Shown: in pieces, positions 52,906 to 64,000 of the stretch | How positions within the stretch are numbered: the stretch's first letter is position 1 | Layout of the letters: every line of letters begins with the position of its first letter | From: Octopus vulgaris | Taxonomy: Eukaryota | Reading direction: 5' to 3' | NCBI GenBank assembly: GCA_951406725.2 | Contig: OX597816.1 | Coordinates: 18,910,001 to 18,974,000 of the forward strand | Length of the DNA: 64,000 nt | The notes under the pieces: model-generated | Seen by the model: only the letters and a program-made list of their open reading frames with translations | Databases searched by the model: none | Told to the model about the DNA's origin: nothing | Made by a program: the position numbers and the translations under genes

Positions 52906-55378
52906 GGGTATTTTTGTTTCTTTGTATCTATGTATATGTGCAGATGTGCATGTTTACGTATGCATGTATGTATGTATACATATATATGTGCGTGTGTGTA
53001 TTTGTGTGTGTGTATATATATATATATATACAGAGAGAGAGAGAGAGAGAAAGATATGGAGAGGAAGGTAGACAGATGTATAAACATACATACACAAACA
53101 CACACATACACAAATAGACACAAACACATATTCTAGAAGACATCGACGCAGTGAGAATTTTCCAGGGGACATATTTTAGAGCGCGTTCTCGAAACCTATT
53201 GTTAAAGTAACTAGGACTCTAATCACAAATACACGAGGAAAAGTATATTGTTAGCACATAAGGAACCGTGCTGCTGCAACAGACGCACTACCCACCTATA
53301 CATCCAGCAATACAAAAAGCGAGTTTCCTGATTGGTTTCAATTCACTCATGGAAATACTCCGGCATCTGGCGCATAAGCAATTTTTACCGTAAATATAAA
53401 GGTCTGTTCTTCCATTAGAATTCTTTACTTATTATATATGTACTTAGGAGTTTTCTTCCCCACAGACAATCTTCATCGCATCATATTTTGTTTCGCTCTA
53501 TTCGCACACATGTTACTCATAAATACTGAATTACATCATTTGAAGAGCGTTGCTCCCAACCCAGTGAATTCATATCCTTTCGTTTGTCTGTCCTGAAGGT
53601 AAAATGTTTATTTATAAAACTTCAGTATTACTATGACTCGATCTAATTCAGCGGTATCTCTGGTATGGCTTACGACTCGATCTTTGTTGTTTTCTCTAAA
53701 TCCACAACTGATAGAGGCACACACGCAGAAAAAAATACGAGCAAGAACTTAAAAATATATACAGATGTGTATTTCACTCACATACAGACACATATACATA
53801 AGTACATGCATACATATTGGAGTTCTGGGTTATGTAACACACTGCCTAAATACCAATTTTGAGAAATGAGGCTTCTGAAAAACCAGAGAAGAGAAAGCTA
53901 ATCCCAAGACTACAGATGCGTTCCATCACTGAAACTCTGTAAAAATCTGTAAAATTTTCCAGATATTTATCATATAAGTAATATGCGTACGTCTAGATAT
54001 TCAACTATATGCATGAGTATACATACATAAAGTTAAGCAAATCATACAATTCTGCATATATACATACAATCGAACATACATACATACATACATACAAATA
54101 TACCATGTTCTTGATGTTGAAATTTCAATGAAGGAACCTTGGATCTAGGTTAGACTTCGGCTCTTTCTCTCTTGGCAAGAGATCTGGAAATAAAACTGAA
54201 TAATGACATACATACATACATACATAGATACATACATACATATATGCATATGTATGAAGATACATATGCATATATTTATTTTCTGTTTTGAACTGAATTT
54301 ACTTAAACGCAAATTAATCTGTAATAGAAGTATCCTCCGAAATATCGTATATCGTATATTAACTTTGTTATATTATATCTAAAAAGACGTATTTCAGTAG
54401 GAATTGACATAGAAATTACCAGTCAAGCTCTATACAAATATATATATGTACATACACACCCTCCGCCAATACGTGTCCAACATTGAGTAAGGCTTGTTCG
54501 CGACCAATTCGAATATTAAATTTACGAGGCTCTTTATGTGTGTCGACGATCGAAATTGACAGTAATGGTTTTACACTATATCAGCAATATATTAATGTTG
54601 GCCATTATTTATGGGTAATCCAGTTAATATCTTATACGGTGCAGGATATTTATAGCAATAACGGTCAAGACATTCATTATATTTTTAATAATATTTGTCA
54701 CATGGCACTTATTGATTGAGATGTCAAGGATGCAATAGGTACACATTTATTACTTAGAAAAACTTCAACAAAATCACAAAGAGAGAAACGGAGTATAAAT
54801 CCATTACGAGTCTATATAATATAGAAATTGGAAAGAGTACTTAAGTATTATTTTCTTCAGCATGGAAGGACAATCTTACACGGATCATTTAAGACGTCTC
54901 ATAAAATCTGATGTTGGAATATATCATTCTGGCTTTAGATATGATCCTGAATCCAATAAACTCATACAATGGCTATAATTTGATTTGGGTTTTTAGGTTA
55001 AGGCGGAGCTTAAAACTTGCAAATTATAAAATGATCGATATTCCGAGTGATTATCGTAGATGAAAGGAGAAACAGAACTATGCCTTCCTTATTGGTACCT
55101 ATTTGCTGGTAAAAGCAACAATGTAAACAAAAAATAATACTATGATTTCTAATAACAGTAGCTGATAATATACACAGGATATCAGAGATTTGAAAGAATA
55201 TGATTTGTCGATTATTATCGATCTCGATGCTTCAATGTGATTCAGTTTATCGACCTTAGAAAGATAATTGGCACAGGGAATCTCATTGGTGTTACAAGCT
55301 CAAACATAGAGATAGAACAAACAGCGCAATGCATTTTGTCCGACGCACTAATATATTTGTCAATGCACCGTCGATACT

Positions 55379-55431
55379 ACTGTTAATACATCTATTTTTC
55401 ATGTAGTAGGAATAGAAGTAGTAGTGGTAGT

Positions 55432-55471
<40 letters not shown>

Positions 55472-55472
55472 C

Positions 55473-55506
<34 letters not shown>

Positions 55507-55616
55507 AGAAAACACAAGACCAAAAAATAAGAAAGTTAAAGTGAGATGAAATTTCTTGCACCGCCCACACTGTTATTAATAGCTGTATTTTTCATGTAGT
55601 AGGAGTATTAGTGGGG

Positions 55617-55653
<37 letters not shown>

Positions 55654-55783
55654 CAGTAGCAACAGTAGCAGTAGTAATAATAGTAGTAGTAGTAGCAGTA
55701 GTTGTAGTAGTAATAGTAGTAGTAATAGTAGTAGCAACAGTAGCAGTAGTAATAATAGTAGTAGTAGTAGTAGCAGCAGCAGC

Positions 55784-55850
<67 letters not shown>

Positions 55851-55866
55851 GTAGCAGCAGTAGTAA

Positions 55867-55899
<33 letters not shown>

Positions 55900-55929
55900 C
55901 AACAGTAGCAGTAGTAATAATAATAATAA

Positions 55930-55971
<42 letters not shown>

Positions 55972-56016
55972 AAAACACAAGACCAAGAAAGTGAAAGTGA
56001 GATGAAGTTTCTTGCA
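55379..56016. repeat. Tandem duplication of a (GTA)n-containing unit, with the microsatellite expanded in copy 2
   Basis: Both units start ctgtta..tatttttcatgtagtagga and end gaaaacacaagaccaa..aagtgagatgaa.tttcttgca. Confidence 0.85.
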
Positions 56017-56902
56017 ACTGGAAAATTATTACAAAACAGCAATTTTGTATCTAGTAAGGCGCATAACAGATAAAAAAGAACACGAGTGTGATCCGTGTAA
56101 TGATAATATATATTTTTTTAAATGTTCATATAGATGAAAACAGTATACTGAATCTGGAAACTAAGTACACTGAAGTAAAACATTTTGGTAAATACATGCA
56201 ACAACAGTCGTAAAAAATGTGAACAAGATAGAAAATCCATACGGAAAAATGGCGAGAGTGAAATAATAACACTGCATTGTCTACAGACCGTACGACTCGA
56301 CACAGAAAAACATTAAAACATAATGAAAGACAATAATTGATAAAAAGCTCTTGTCAGAAACCACAAATATATTGCATGATTATTTTGCGTGGTGGGAGAA
56401 ATGCCTGAACTTAAAACATAACAGAAATATAGCAATAAGACAAAGAAACTAACATCAGATTCAGTGTTTACAAACAGTACAAAGTGACAATTGACTGCTT
56501 CATTTCCTCGTGCCGTGTTTTTGCCAAGTCTGATTATATTTATAGACAGAAATATGTCTATAGCTGTGACAAGGTCGAACGTTATTCAATTTCATACATA
56601 CTGAACCGCATTGAAAGCACTTAACTTACTCATCGATAACTGGTGTAGTATACGTATTCGTCTTGTCCCGTTATTAGGATACAGCATGCAATGAAAACAG
56701 TGAAACGAAGTGAAAACACAACAGCCCTGCTATCGAAATATATATTGTAAACACAGTGAAATACCAACGGATGGCGGGACACCTAACGTAAAACCTCACT
56801 TTAATTCTGCAAGTAAATGCTCTCTCATTTAGGTACAGTATATGATTCTGGTTTTGTGAATAAAATAAATTTCTATCATATCTCGAAAGCCAATTTTACC
56901 TA

Positions 56903-57381
56903 CCGTAAATCCTCGAGTATAATTCGCATTTTTTTTAAAGAAGTCAAAATTCAAGAAGTTAAAATCCCAAGTGCGTACTATATACCAGGTTAAAAATGAA
57001 AATTATTTTCTAAGCAATGTCCGAGTCTTTATTTGCTGTCCGGGCGCATTTTATGATGTCGGGCGCGAAAATACCTTAAATCATCCATAACTTGCAGTGA
57101 GCAACATTTATTAAACGTTATTACTGTTATTTCGTTATTATCTGCAAACAAAATGCACAAAAAAGCTACACGTTTGCATTGTGTTATATATACAATAATA
57201 ATAATAATAAAGGAGGTTACAGTATACATTTTTACAAACCAAGGACGTTATACAGACCTCCTTGACTCACGTTAGAGAAGGGGTGCGCATTGTACACAAG
57301 GTTTAGGTTTTTCAGAGGTATAGCCCCTAAAATTCCCCTGCGTATTATTCTCAAGGGTGGAGTATACTCGAGGATTTACGG
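56903..57381. mobile_element. Tc1/mariner (Tc2-like) MITE
   Basis: TA|CCGTAAATCCTCGAGTATA ... TATACTCGAGGATTTACGG|TA. Perfect 19-bp TIR with TA TSD. Confidence 0.9.
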
Positions 57382-57639
57382 TAATTTTATTATTACATTG
57401 AAAGAAGCAAAACAAATATGTAGGGTATGAATTTACTTTACGTATAATACTATAGGCAAAATGCCTGAACTGGTGCGTATCTTATTGACTCAGAGATAAT
57501 TAAAGACAATATTCATCTCCCCGGCAGTTGATCTCAGGGCATAATGACAGGAAAAACCAATTTTGTTTGGCGTCCTAAGGATTCTGACAGGCATTCACCT
57601 TAAGAAGCAATCTAATAATCTTTCCTACAATATGCACAG

Positions 57640-57832
57640 GATTTCAAATCTTAAGAGAGTTGGTATTCGACTAAATCGACCTCTATTGCTTAACTGGTAC
57701 TTGATTTATCGTTCCTGAAACGAGGAACAGCAAAGTCGACCTCCATGGGATTTGAATTCAGGTCGTAAAATCAGACAAAATATCGCTAAGCTTTTTGTTA
57801 GGTGTGCTAAAGATTCTGCAAGCTCGCTGCCT
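57640..57832 (-). mobile_element. SINE family B, diverged (other decayed copies at about 16350-16520, 25430-25560, 55200-55360, 62160-62350)
   Basis: taactggtactt..tttatcg..caaagtcgacctc..atttgaa..gtgctaa..ctgcaagctcgctgcct. Confidence 0.7.
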
Positions 57833-58262
57833 AAATAATCAACTTTAAAATTAAGACAGTTCCCTCCGTAGTCTTAAAGTATACAGCATGGAGGAAGAAA
57901 CAAATCCGTATTAATCCCTTAAACAAACAAGAAAATCTGCCAAATATTTCTATGGTTACGCATCGAAAATTTTAAATTAAAAGCCTGGCGGAAAAGGAAA
58001 ATCCTTATATGATGTATTACCATTAAATTTTGAAGGTCATTGAAATGGAAGAATAGTTTGATATCTTTCTTGGCAAATTTCCAATTTTTGATATTTGCCA
58101 ATTAGTGTAAAGAAGATAATATCCTTATAAACAAAACCGTATATTATGTCTCTGCCGGTTAGAGCGACGAAGATTTGAAAAGTATTTTTCCTTTAGAATT
58201 TCCTAGCTTTATTTTTATACGATAATATCGAAGATTTCAGGAATGTTGTCCATAATATATAA

Positions 58263-58303
58263 AGTCTGACGAAGGCTTATCAGGCCGTAACGTTGCTGTC
58301 ACT
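58263..58303 (+). ncRNA. Minimal type I hammerhead motif with one core substitution
   Basis: AGT-CTGACGA-a-GGCTT-atc-AGGCC-GTAAC-gttgct-GTC-ACT (GAAAC mutated to GTAAC). Confidence 0.55.
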
Positions 58304-60222
58304 GTCATCAACACTTGTTTAAAAATAAATTTCATTTACATATTTTCAGTGTTACTTGACTGACGCTCTATGTTATTGAGTCTAGAAACTATTATAGTTT
58401 CCATTGTACTTCAAGGATGTCTTTTAATTGAATGTGGTGAGTACAAGACAGTGTAGAAATTGCAAGCAAATAATGAATGTTCTATGTTAAGCACGTGGAC
58501 CCTTTGCAAAATTAAATCAGTGATACTTTGATAAGTCTTTCTCACATAAGCATTTTCCCATTTCTTATAGTGTCTTGGGTAGGTCATTACCAAGTGATAT
58601 TGAACAAATGAAGGTGTAATTATTAATGGCATGATGACCCTTCGAAGACATAGCAAGATTTATTTCAACACATGAATTCGCATCACGAATGTTGCAAACC
58701 AACTACAAGCCGAAGGGTTTTTTCATATAGTTTCTCAATGAATTCCAGAACGAATACAAAGGGCGCAGCGTGATATCTAAGCAGAGTGTGGTCATACATC
58801 TGATAAAATGGACAACAATGCAATAGAAAAGAACGAACTTCTAAAATTGCTAGTGGTAAGTAACAAGACATCTTGAACAGCATTTAATTTCTGTTTCAAA
58901 TTCTTGTATATAGCTAAAAGACGAAATCAAACATACAATAATTCTACTTCCCCTTAACTATAAGATCTCTGCAACACTAAAGGAAGTTGTTCGATAAGTA
59001 TTCAAGCAGTTAGATAACTTGAATAACTGTGAATATTAGACACGAGGACGAATTCCTGAGAATGGCATAAAACAAACACATCGCATAAACCCTTCACTGA
59101 ATTTCAGGTAGATGAATTTCCAAGGCATTTAAATGTTTCAATTTTATGAGCAGAATTAATTTTAGTATATCATCTGTATAATAAAATCTGTTAAGTTTGT
59201 GAACAGCATTGAATATTATCGATATGGCGAGAAATATATGTTCGAGTTGCGGTGTGTCGCTGAAGGAATGGTTTAATATCTTGACAACATGCAATGGCAT
59301 ATCAGCATGAATGAATTGAATAGCGATTTTCATTGCAATCTCAAAAACGAGCTTCAAATATATTTTGTTAGGAAATGCTAATATGTTTCCTTCTGTACCG
59401 GTTAGCCATTTGTAACTTCTCAAAGAATTGGTAGAGGCACGAAATATGCCCCAAAACTACGAACACATTTGCATATGGAGAAATTGATTTCAATGTATTT
59501 TGCATACTGCTTTGCCAAAGTTGTGTATACATTAAATACTTTTACCATTTTTGAGTTTAGGTGACAGCAAGCTAACAGAGATCACTGTATGAGAATGAAC
59601 TGGCAGATAAAAGGTTTCGATATTAGAAACACAGTATTAATCATCGTCAACTTATTGGGAAAAGTACGGTATGTACGTATTTCAAATAACTGAAAATTGC
59701 AAGAAAAATGAAAGACTCTTAGCTTTGATAGGTATAAGATATGAGCATTCCTGAAATATGAACTATTTATATGAAATATTTATGAAATTATTTACACCTG
59801 TCAAAGATAATGTCTGAAGCGCATTTAGGGAAGCTGTGTGTAAATGTTTGTCAATATTCATTAGAAGAAATAATGATTGGCAACTAATTTATTCTAGGCC
59901 ATTCCAGACTGTATAAAATATAATGTGAATTTAACGTAAGAGCTTCGAATTATTAAGGAGCGCGTTTCCGTTACCCAACGCTAAATTGCTTGCGCTTGTG
60001 AATAATTTTGAGGTTGACAAGGAATTTTACCTATTTTCTGCTCTCATTCGAGATACTGCATCATGTTCAATTTAACAGGCCAATGTTATTTGCTAATGCC
60101 ATAAGCTGTACAGGCAAAATTACAGAAGTCTGGTATTTTAGAAAACATAAATATTACATTATTTCTCTATTTTAAATAATTCTTTAGGAACTAACAACAC
60201 ATCTTGCGAAAAATATAAATTA

Positions 60223-60630
60223 AGCGCAGGAGTGGCTGTGTGGTAAGTAGCTTGCTAACCGACCACATGGTTCCGGGTTCAGTCCTACTGCGTAGCATCT
60301 TGGGCAAGTGTCTTCTGCTATAGCCCCGGGCCGACCAATGCCTTGTGAGTGGATTTGGTCGACGGAAACTGAAAGAAGCCTGTCGTATATATGTATATAT
60401 ATATATAAGTGTGTGTGTGTATATGTTTGTGTGTCTGTGTTTGTCCCCCTAGCATTGCTTGAGAACCGATGCTGGTGTGTTTACGTCCCCGTCACTTAGC
60501 GGTTCGGCAAAAGAGACCGATAGAATAAGTACTGGGCTTACAAAGAATAAGTCCCGGGTCGATTTGCTCGACTAAAGGCGGTGCTCCAGCATGGCCGCAG
60601 TCAAATGACTGAAAGAACTAAAAGAGTAAA
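60223..60630 (+). mobile_element. SINE family A, full length
   Basis: gcgcaggagtggctgtgtggtaagtagc..gcagtcaaatgactgaaa..taaaagagtaaaa. Confidence 0.9.
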
Positions 60631-60790
60631 ACAACAAGACCTTGCTTAATTAGGCTTCCTCTACATCTTCAGAAACTCAGTTAACAATATATGAAAGGAA
60701 TATCTGGGAGGGCTCATGCAATTTCATTTGTTTATATTGCTGATATTCAATGTATGGATTTTACCTTTTAACCAACAGACTTAAAAAGTA

Positions 60791-61260
60791 TTTTTCTGTA
60801 ACTAAACACTTTCACACTTCCGACACTGGTAGAATGTGTCATATAAAACATATTTTGCTCTTTTTTTTTTCAGAAAAGCTTATATTTAAGAAAGTTACTT
60901 CATGTTAAAGTTGTCGTATTTTCGTAATTTCAAACAATCAATGACGTGTATTCCGCTGAGTAAAATTATTGCTGTTGTTTGTCAACAAGAACTTCCGGCG
61001 ATGTATATTTCATTTGTCACTGTTATTTATGACAACCCTAACCCTAAAACTTTAACACTAACCCTAACCCTAAAACCTTAACACTAACCCTAAATCCTTA
61101 ACCCTAACCCTAAAATCCTAACCCTAACCCTAAAATCCTAACCCTAGCCCTAAAACTAAAAATCTTAACTCCCTAACACTAACACTAACCCTAAAACCTT
61201 AAAGGTAAAACCAGTACAAACGCACGGACGTTGTCATAACAGTGTTCAGTTACAAAAAAT
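60791..61260. mobile_element. Non-autonomous element with inverted repeats and an internal degenerate (TAACCC)n array
   Basis: Outer IR tttttctgtaactaaacact / agtgttcagttacaaaaaa. Inner IR cactgtta..tgacaac / gttgtcataacagtg. Telomere-like array at 61033-61202. Confidence 0.65.
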
Positions 61261-61820
61261 TATTATTTTAAATCTGTCTGTCAAAAGATGGAGATTCCAA
61301 TGTATTATTTCGATGATCTGTTGTGCAAAAACTTAAATATTTGTGTAATAGAAAATATTTGTAATAAAAGATACACAAACTTTTCATTAATACGTGCCAA
61401 AGTTTCTGCGTATATGAAGTACAATTGCTATAGCCTCTCCTGTACCATCAACGCTAAGCGTTATATTAGCTAATAGCGACTCATGTGCTGCTATATTTCC
61501 ATTAAATTACTGACTAAAATGCTAACATTTTTAAATACATTCCTGCAAGGAACGTTACATTTGCAAGTTATAAGTAAAAGGTTTCAACTCGGCGTTTGGA
61601 AAGTATATGTATACACACTTTACATAAACAATAAAATAGTTTTTTTTTTATTAAAATGAACTCAAAAATATTTATTCAACTTCTATAAATACATAGCGGG
61701 ATTTAAATATTCATACATATGGATGATTCAATTACATATACACTGTAATTGCATCAATTAGGTTTAAATAAATAGATGAAAACGTTTTCAAGAGAATGTA
61801 AAATGAAATATTTAACTATA

Positions 61821-61938
61821 GCTTACGCCATATCCCGTTGAAAGCACCGGTTGTCATCCGATCACCGAAGTTAAACAACGTCGATCCTACTGAGTACTTA
61901 GATGGGTGACCGCTTGGGAAACCTAGGAGCAGTAAGCG
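61821..61938 (+). pseudogene. 5S rRNA-derived sequence (pseudogene or SINE3 head)
   Basis: gcttacgccatatcccgttgaaagcaccggttgtcatccgatcaccgaagttaaacaacg..gagtacttagatgggtgaccgcttgggaa..gtaagc. Terminal GCTTAC/GTAAGC helix I present; several substitutions; no oligo-T terminator. Confidence 0.85.
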
Positions 61939-63310
61939 TCACACATTGTTAATGGCGGTGCCCCCGGCTTGGCCACAGCCCATGAGCTGAAACTAGATGA
62001 AATGAACTATATGAAAATAACGATCGGCAGTTTTCTTTATCTACTGAATTTTGATTCATCACTTCTGTTGCCACGTGATACATTTCTTCGTTCTATAAAT
62101 ATATTTTTGGAATATTAACTGACTGATTCACATATTTCCTTGGTTTAGTTTCTTAAATACGCCAGACAAGATGTTTTACCGATTATCTTCCAGCTTTGCC
62201 AGCTAAGTCCAAATTCCACTGTCGTCGCCTTAATCTTTCTTAGTTTAGGGAGTGATGAAACAATTACCATTGAGCACTGGCGTTGATGTAATCGACTACC
62301 CTCCCACCCGTAATCTTTCAGGCCTTTAGCTTATAGAAGGAAGAATATTTTAGTATCTGGAAAGAATGCAATAATCAAAGTAGACATATGTTCCTCAATT
62401 CAACAATTCAACTTTGGACATAATTTGGTATTGACGATGATGTATGGTATATTTAATATATGTTGACACTCTATGCATTACTCACTTGCGGAATTATTTT
62501 AATAGCAGTCAATTATTCATTCCCTTGTTACGCACTAATAAATGAATATCCTATCAGATTTCAAGTTACTTTAACAAGTTTATAATACGCTATTTTCATG
62601 TTAATTCCTTTAGTACGTCTACCATGTTGAGGTTGAATAGCTTTCAATGGTTACGAATGGTAGTGTATTCTTGCCAAAATCGATTTAAATGAAGGTAAGT
62701 GATTTCCTAACAGGATTTATAAATCTGTTCTTTACTATGCTCGAATAGTTAAAAAATAAAGATTATTGATTATATTGTAAATATTATTTATAAAGGAAGT
62801 TTCCTCTTTTAAACTATATTCGGAAATCTTCGAGATACGATGATAATTCACCTCCTTTCCTACTTATAATTTAGAATCAGTAATTTTATTGAACATGTAT
62901 TATGATGGAAGAAATAATATACCTGCTATGGAAGATACGTTTCCCTGATGGAGGAGTATGAAAATAAATGTTAAAAAAATTTTAAAGTTTAAGCTTAAAA
63001 ATGCTGATAAAAATGTCGATATGGCCCTAAGTGAATAATATGTGAGGGTGCATCTATTACTGTTACAATAGACCTTTTGGAATATTTCGTCATTTGCATT
63101 TGAAATACTAGGCAGAAGCTAACAGAATGTAACGTAGAATACGTAAGAGAAATCTGAAAATGATTAAAAAATATATTCGCATACATTTATATAAGCCTTT
63201 TTCAATGCAACTAAAATAAGCTAAATATGTATGTGTGTGTATATAAGTATGTATATGTGTAAATATATATATATACACATCACACATATATTTATATATA
63301 CATACATACA

Positions 63311-63360
<50 letters not shown>

Positions 63361-64000
63361 TATGTATGTATGTATGTGTATAGGCATGCATTCATACATA
63401 AAGGCACGCACAAGCACACACATGTTTATGCATACATATAATATGCAATTAAGTGAAGTGTCAAATATAAGGATGTATGTGTATACAGATGTATATATGC
63501 ATAGATACATGCAGAAACACATGCGGAAACACACAACGCACATATACATGTATATAAGTATAAATAAATGAACAAACTTTTAAAACAATTGTTTATTTTG
63601 ATTCCCTTAGTCGGTTTTGCTCACAAATTTGGTCGTAAACCAAAAATTAATGGAGTATATTATATCACAGACATATTTTCTGTTAAAGCTATAGTATTTC
63701 TTAATTTATACTACCAGAGGTCTTTCAGTGGTTCCACATCCGTTGGTTAAAAAACGTGGCTTAGATATTCGTGTTTCACGGGATATTACTGAAGATAACA
63801 TTTTCAGTTGTTTCTGGGTTTAATACGTGTCGTAGCTTTCTGGATTTAACAGGTGTTCTTGTTGCAGATGAAGATGCTTAATAAGGCTCATTTTAACTGT
63901 TTATGATACAGAATGTATAGTGAACTTAGTGGTAGATAGTTAAAACTATAGATACATAATGGAACTGTAGTAAACAAAAAATATTTGAAATTTGGAACTA

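Noticed and set aside
55576-56017. Poly-Leu/Thr/Val ORFs
   Set aside because: (GTA)n microsatellite.
61821-61938. Functional 5S rRNA gene
   Set aside because: Solitary, with several substitutions, no oligo-T terminator and a SINE-like tail.

Overview
Very AT-rich eukaryotic (animal) genomic DNA, almost entirely intronic or intergenic. It is saturated with (TA)n, (AAT)n, (GATA)n, (CA)n and (ACT)n microsatellites and with decayed transposons. The SINE families and repeat landscape look like an octopod cephalopod (Octopus-like); this is an inference from recalled repeat sequences. Nearly all ORFs in the track are microsatellite artefacts. Real coding remnants are: a Penelope-like RT + GIY-YIG element (1-1125), a CR1-type LINE 3' end (about 2110-2985), an R4/Dong-type RLE fragment (about 35010-35215), a mariner-type transposase fragment (about 48215-48671) and a young 5'-truncated L1/Tx1 element embedded in a (GATA)n tract (50767-52073). 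There are two abundant tRNA-type SINE families, a 5S rRNA-headed element, several MITE/foldback elements and one candidate host terminal exon (12610-12777, minus). The most notable hidden signal is a dense set of about 10 clear, plus several decayed, type I hammerhead ribozyme (HHR) motifs in non-coding Penelope-like modules with direct or inverted repeats. These include (i) a 596-bp tandem repeat with two canonical HHRs able to form a double hammerhead (retrozyme/circRNA-like) and (ii) a composite of a tRNA-type Pol III promoter, (AAT)n and an HHR, with an inverted 3' copy, which is a candidate Penelope-mobilised SINE.
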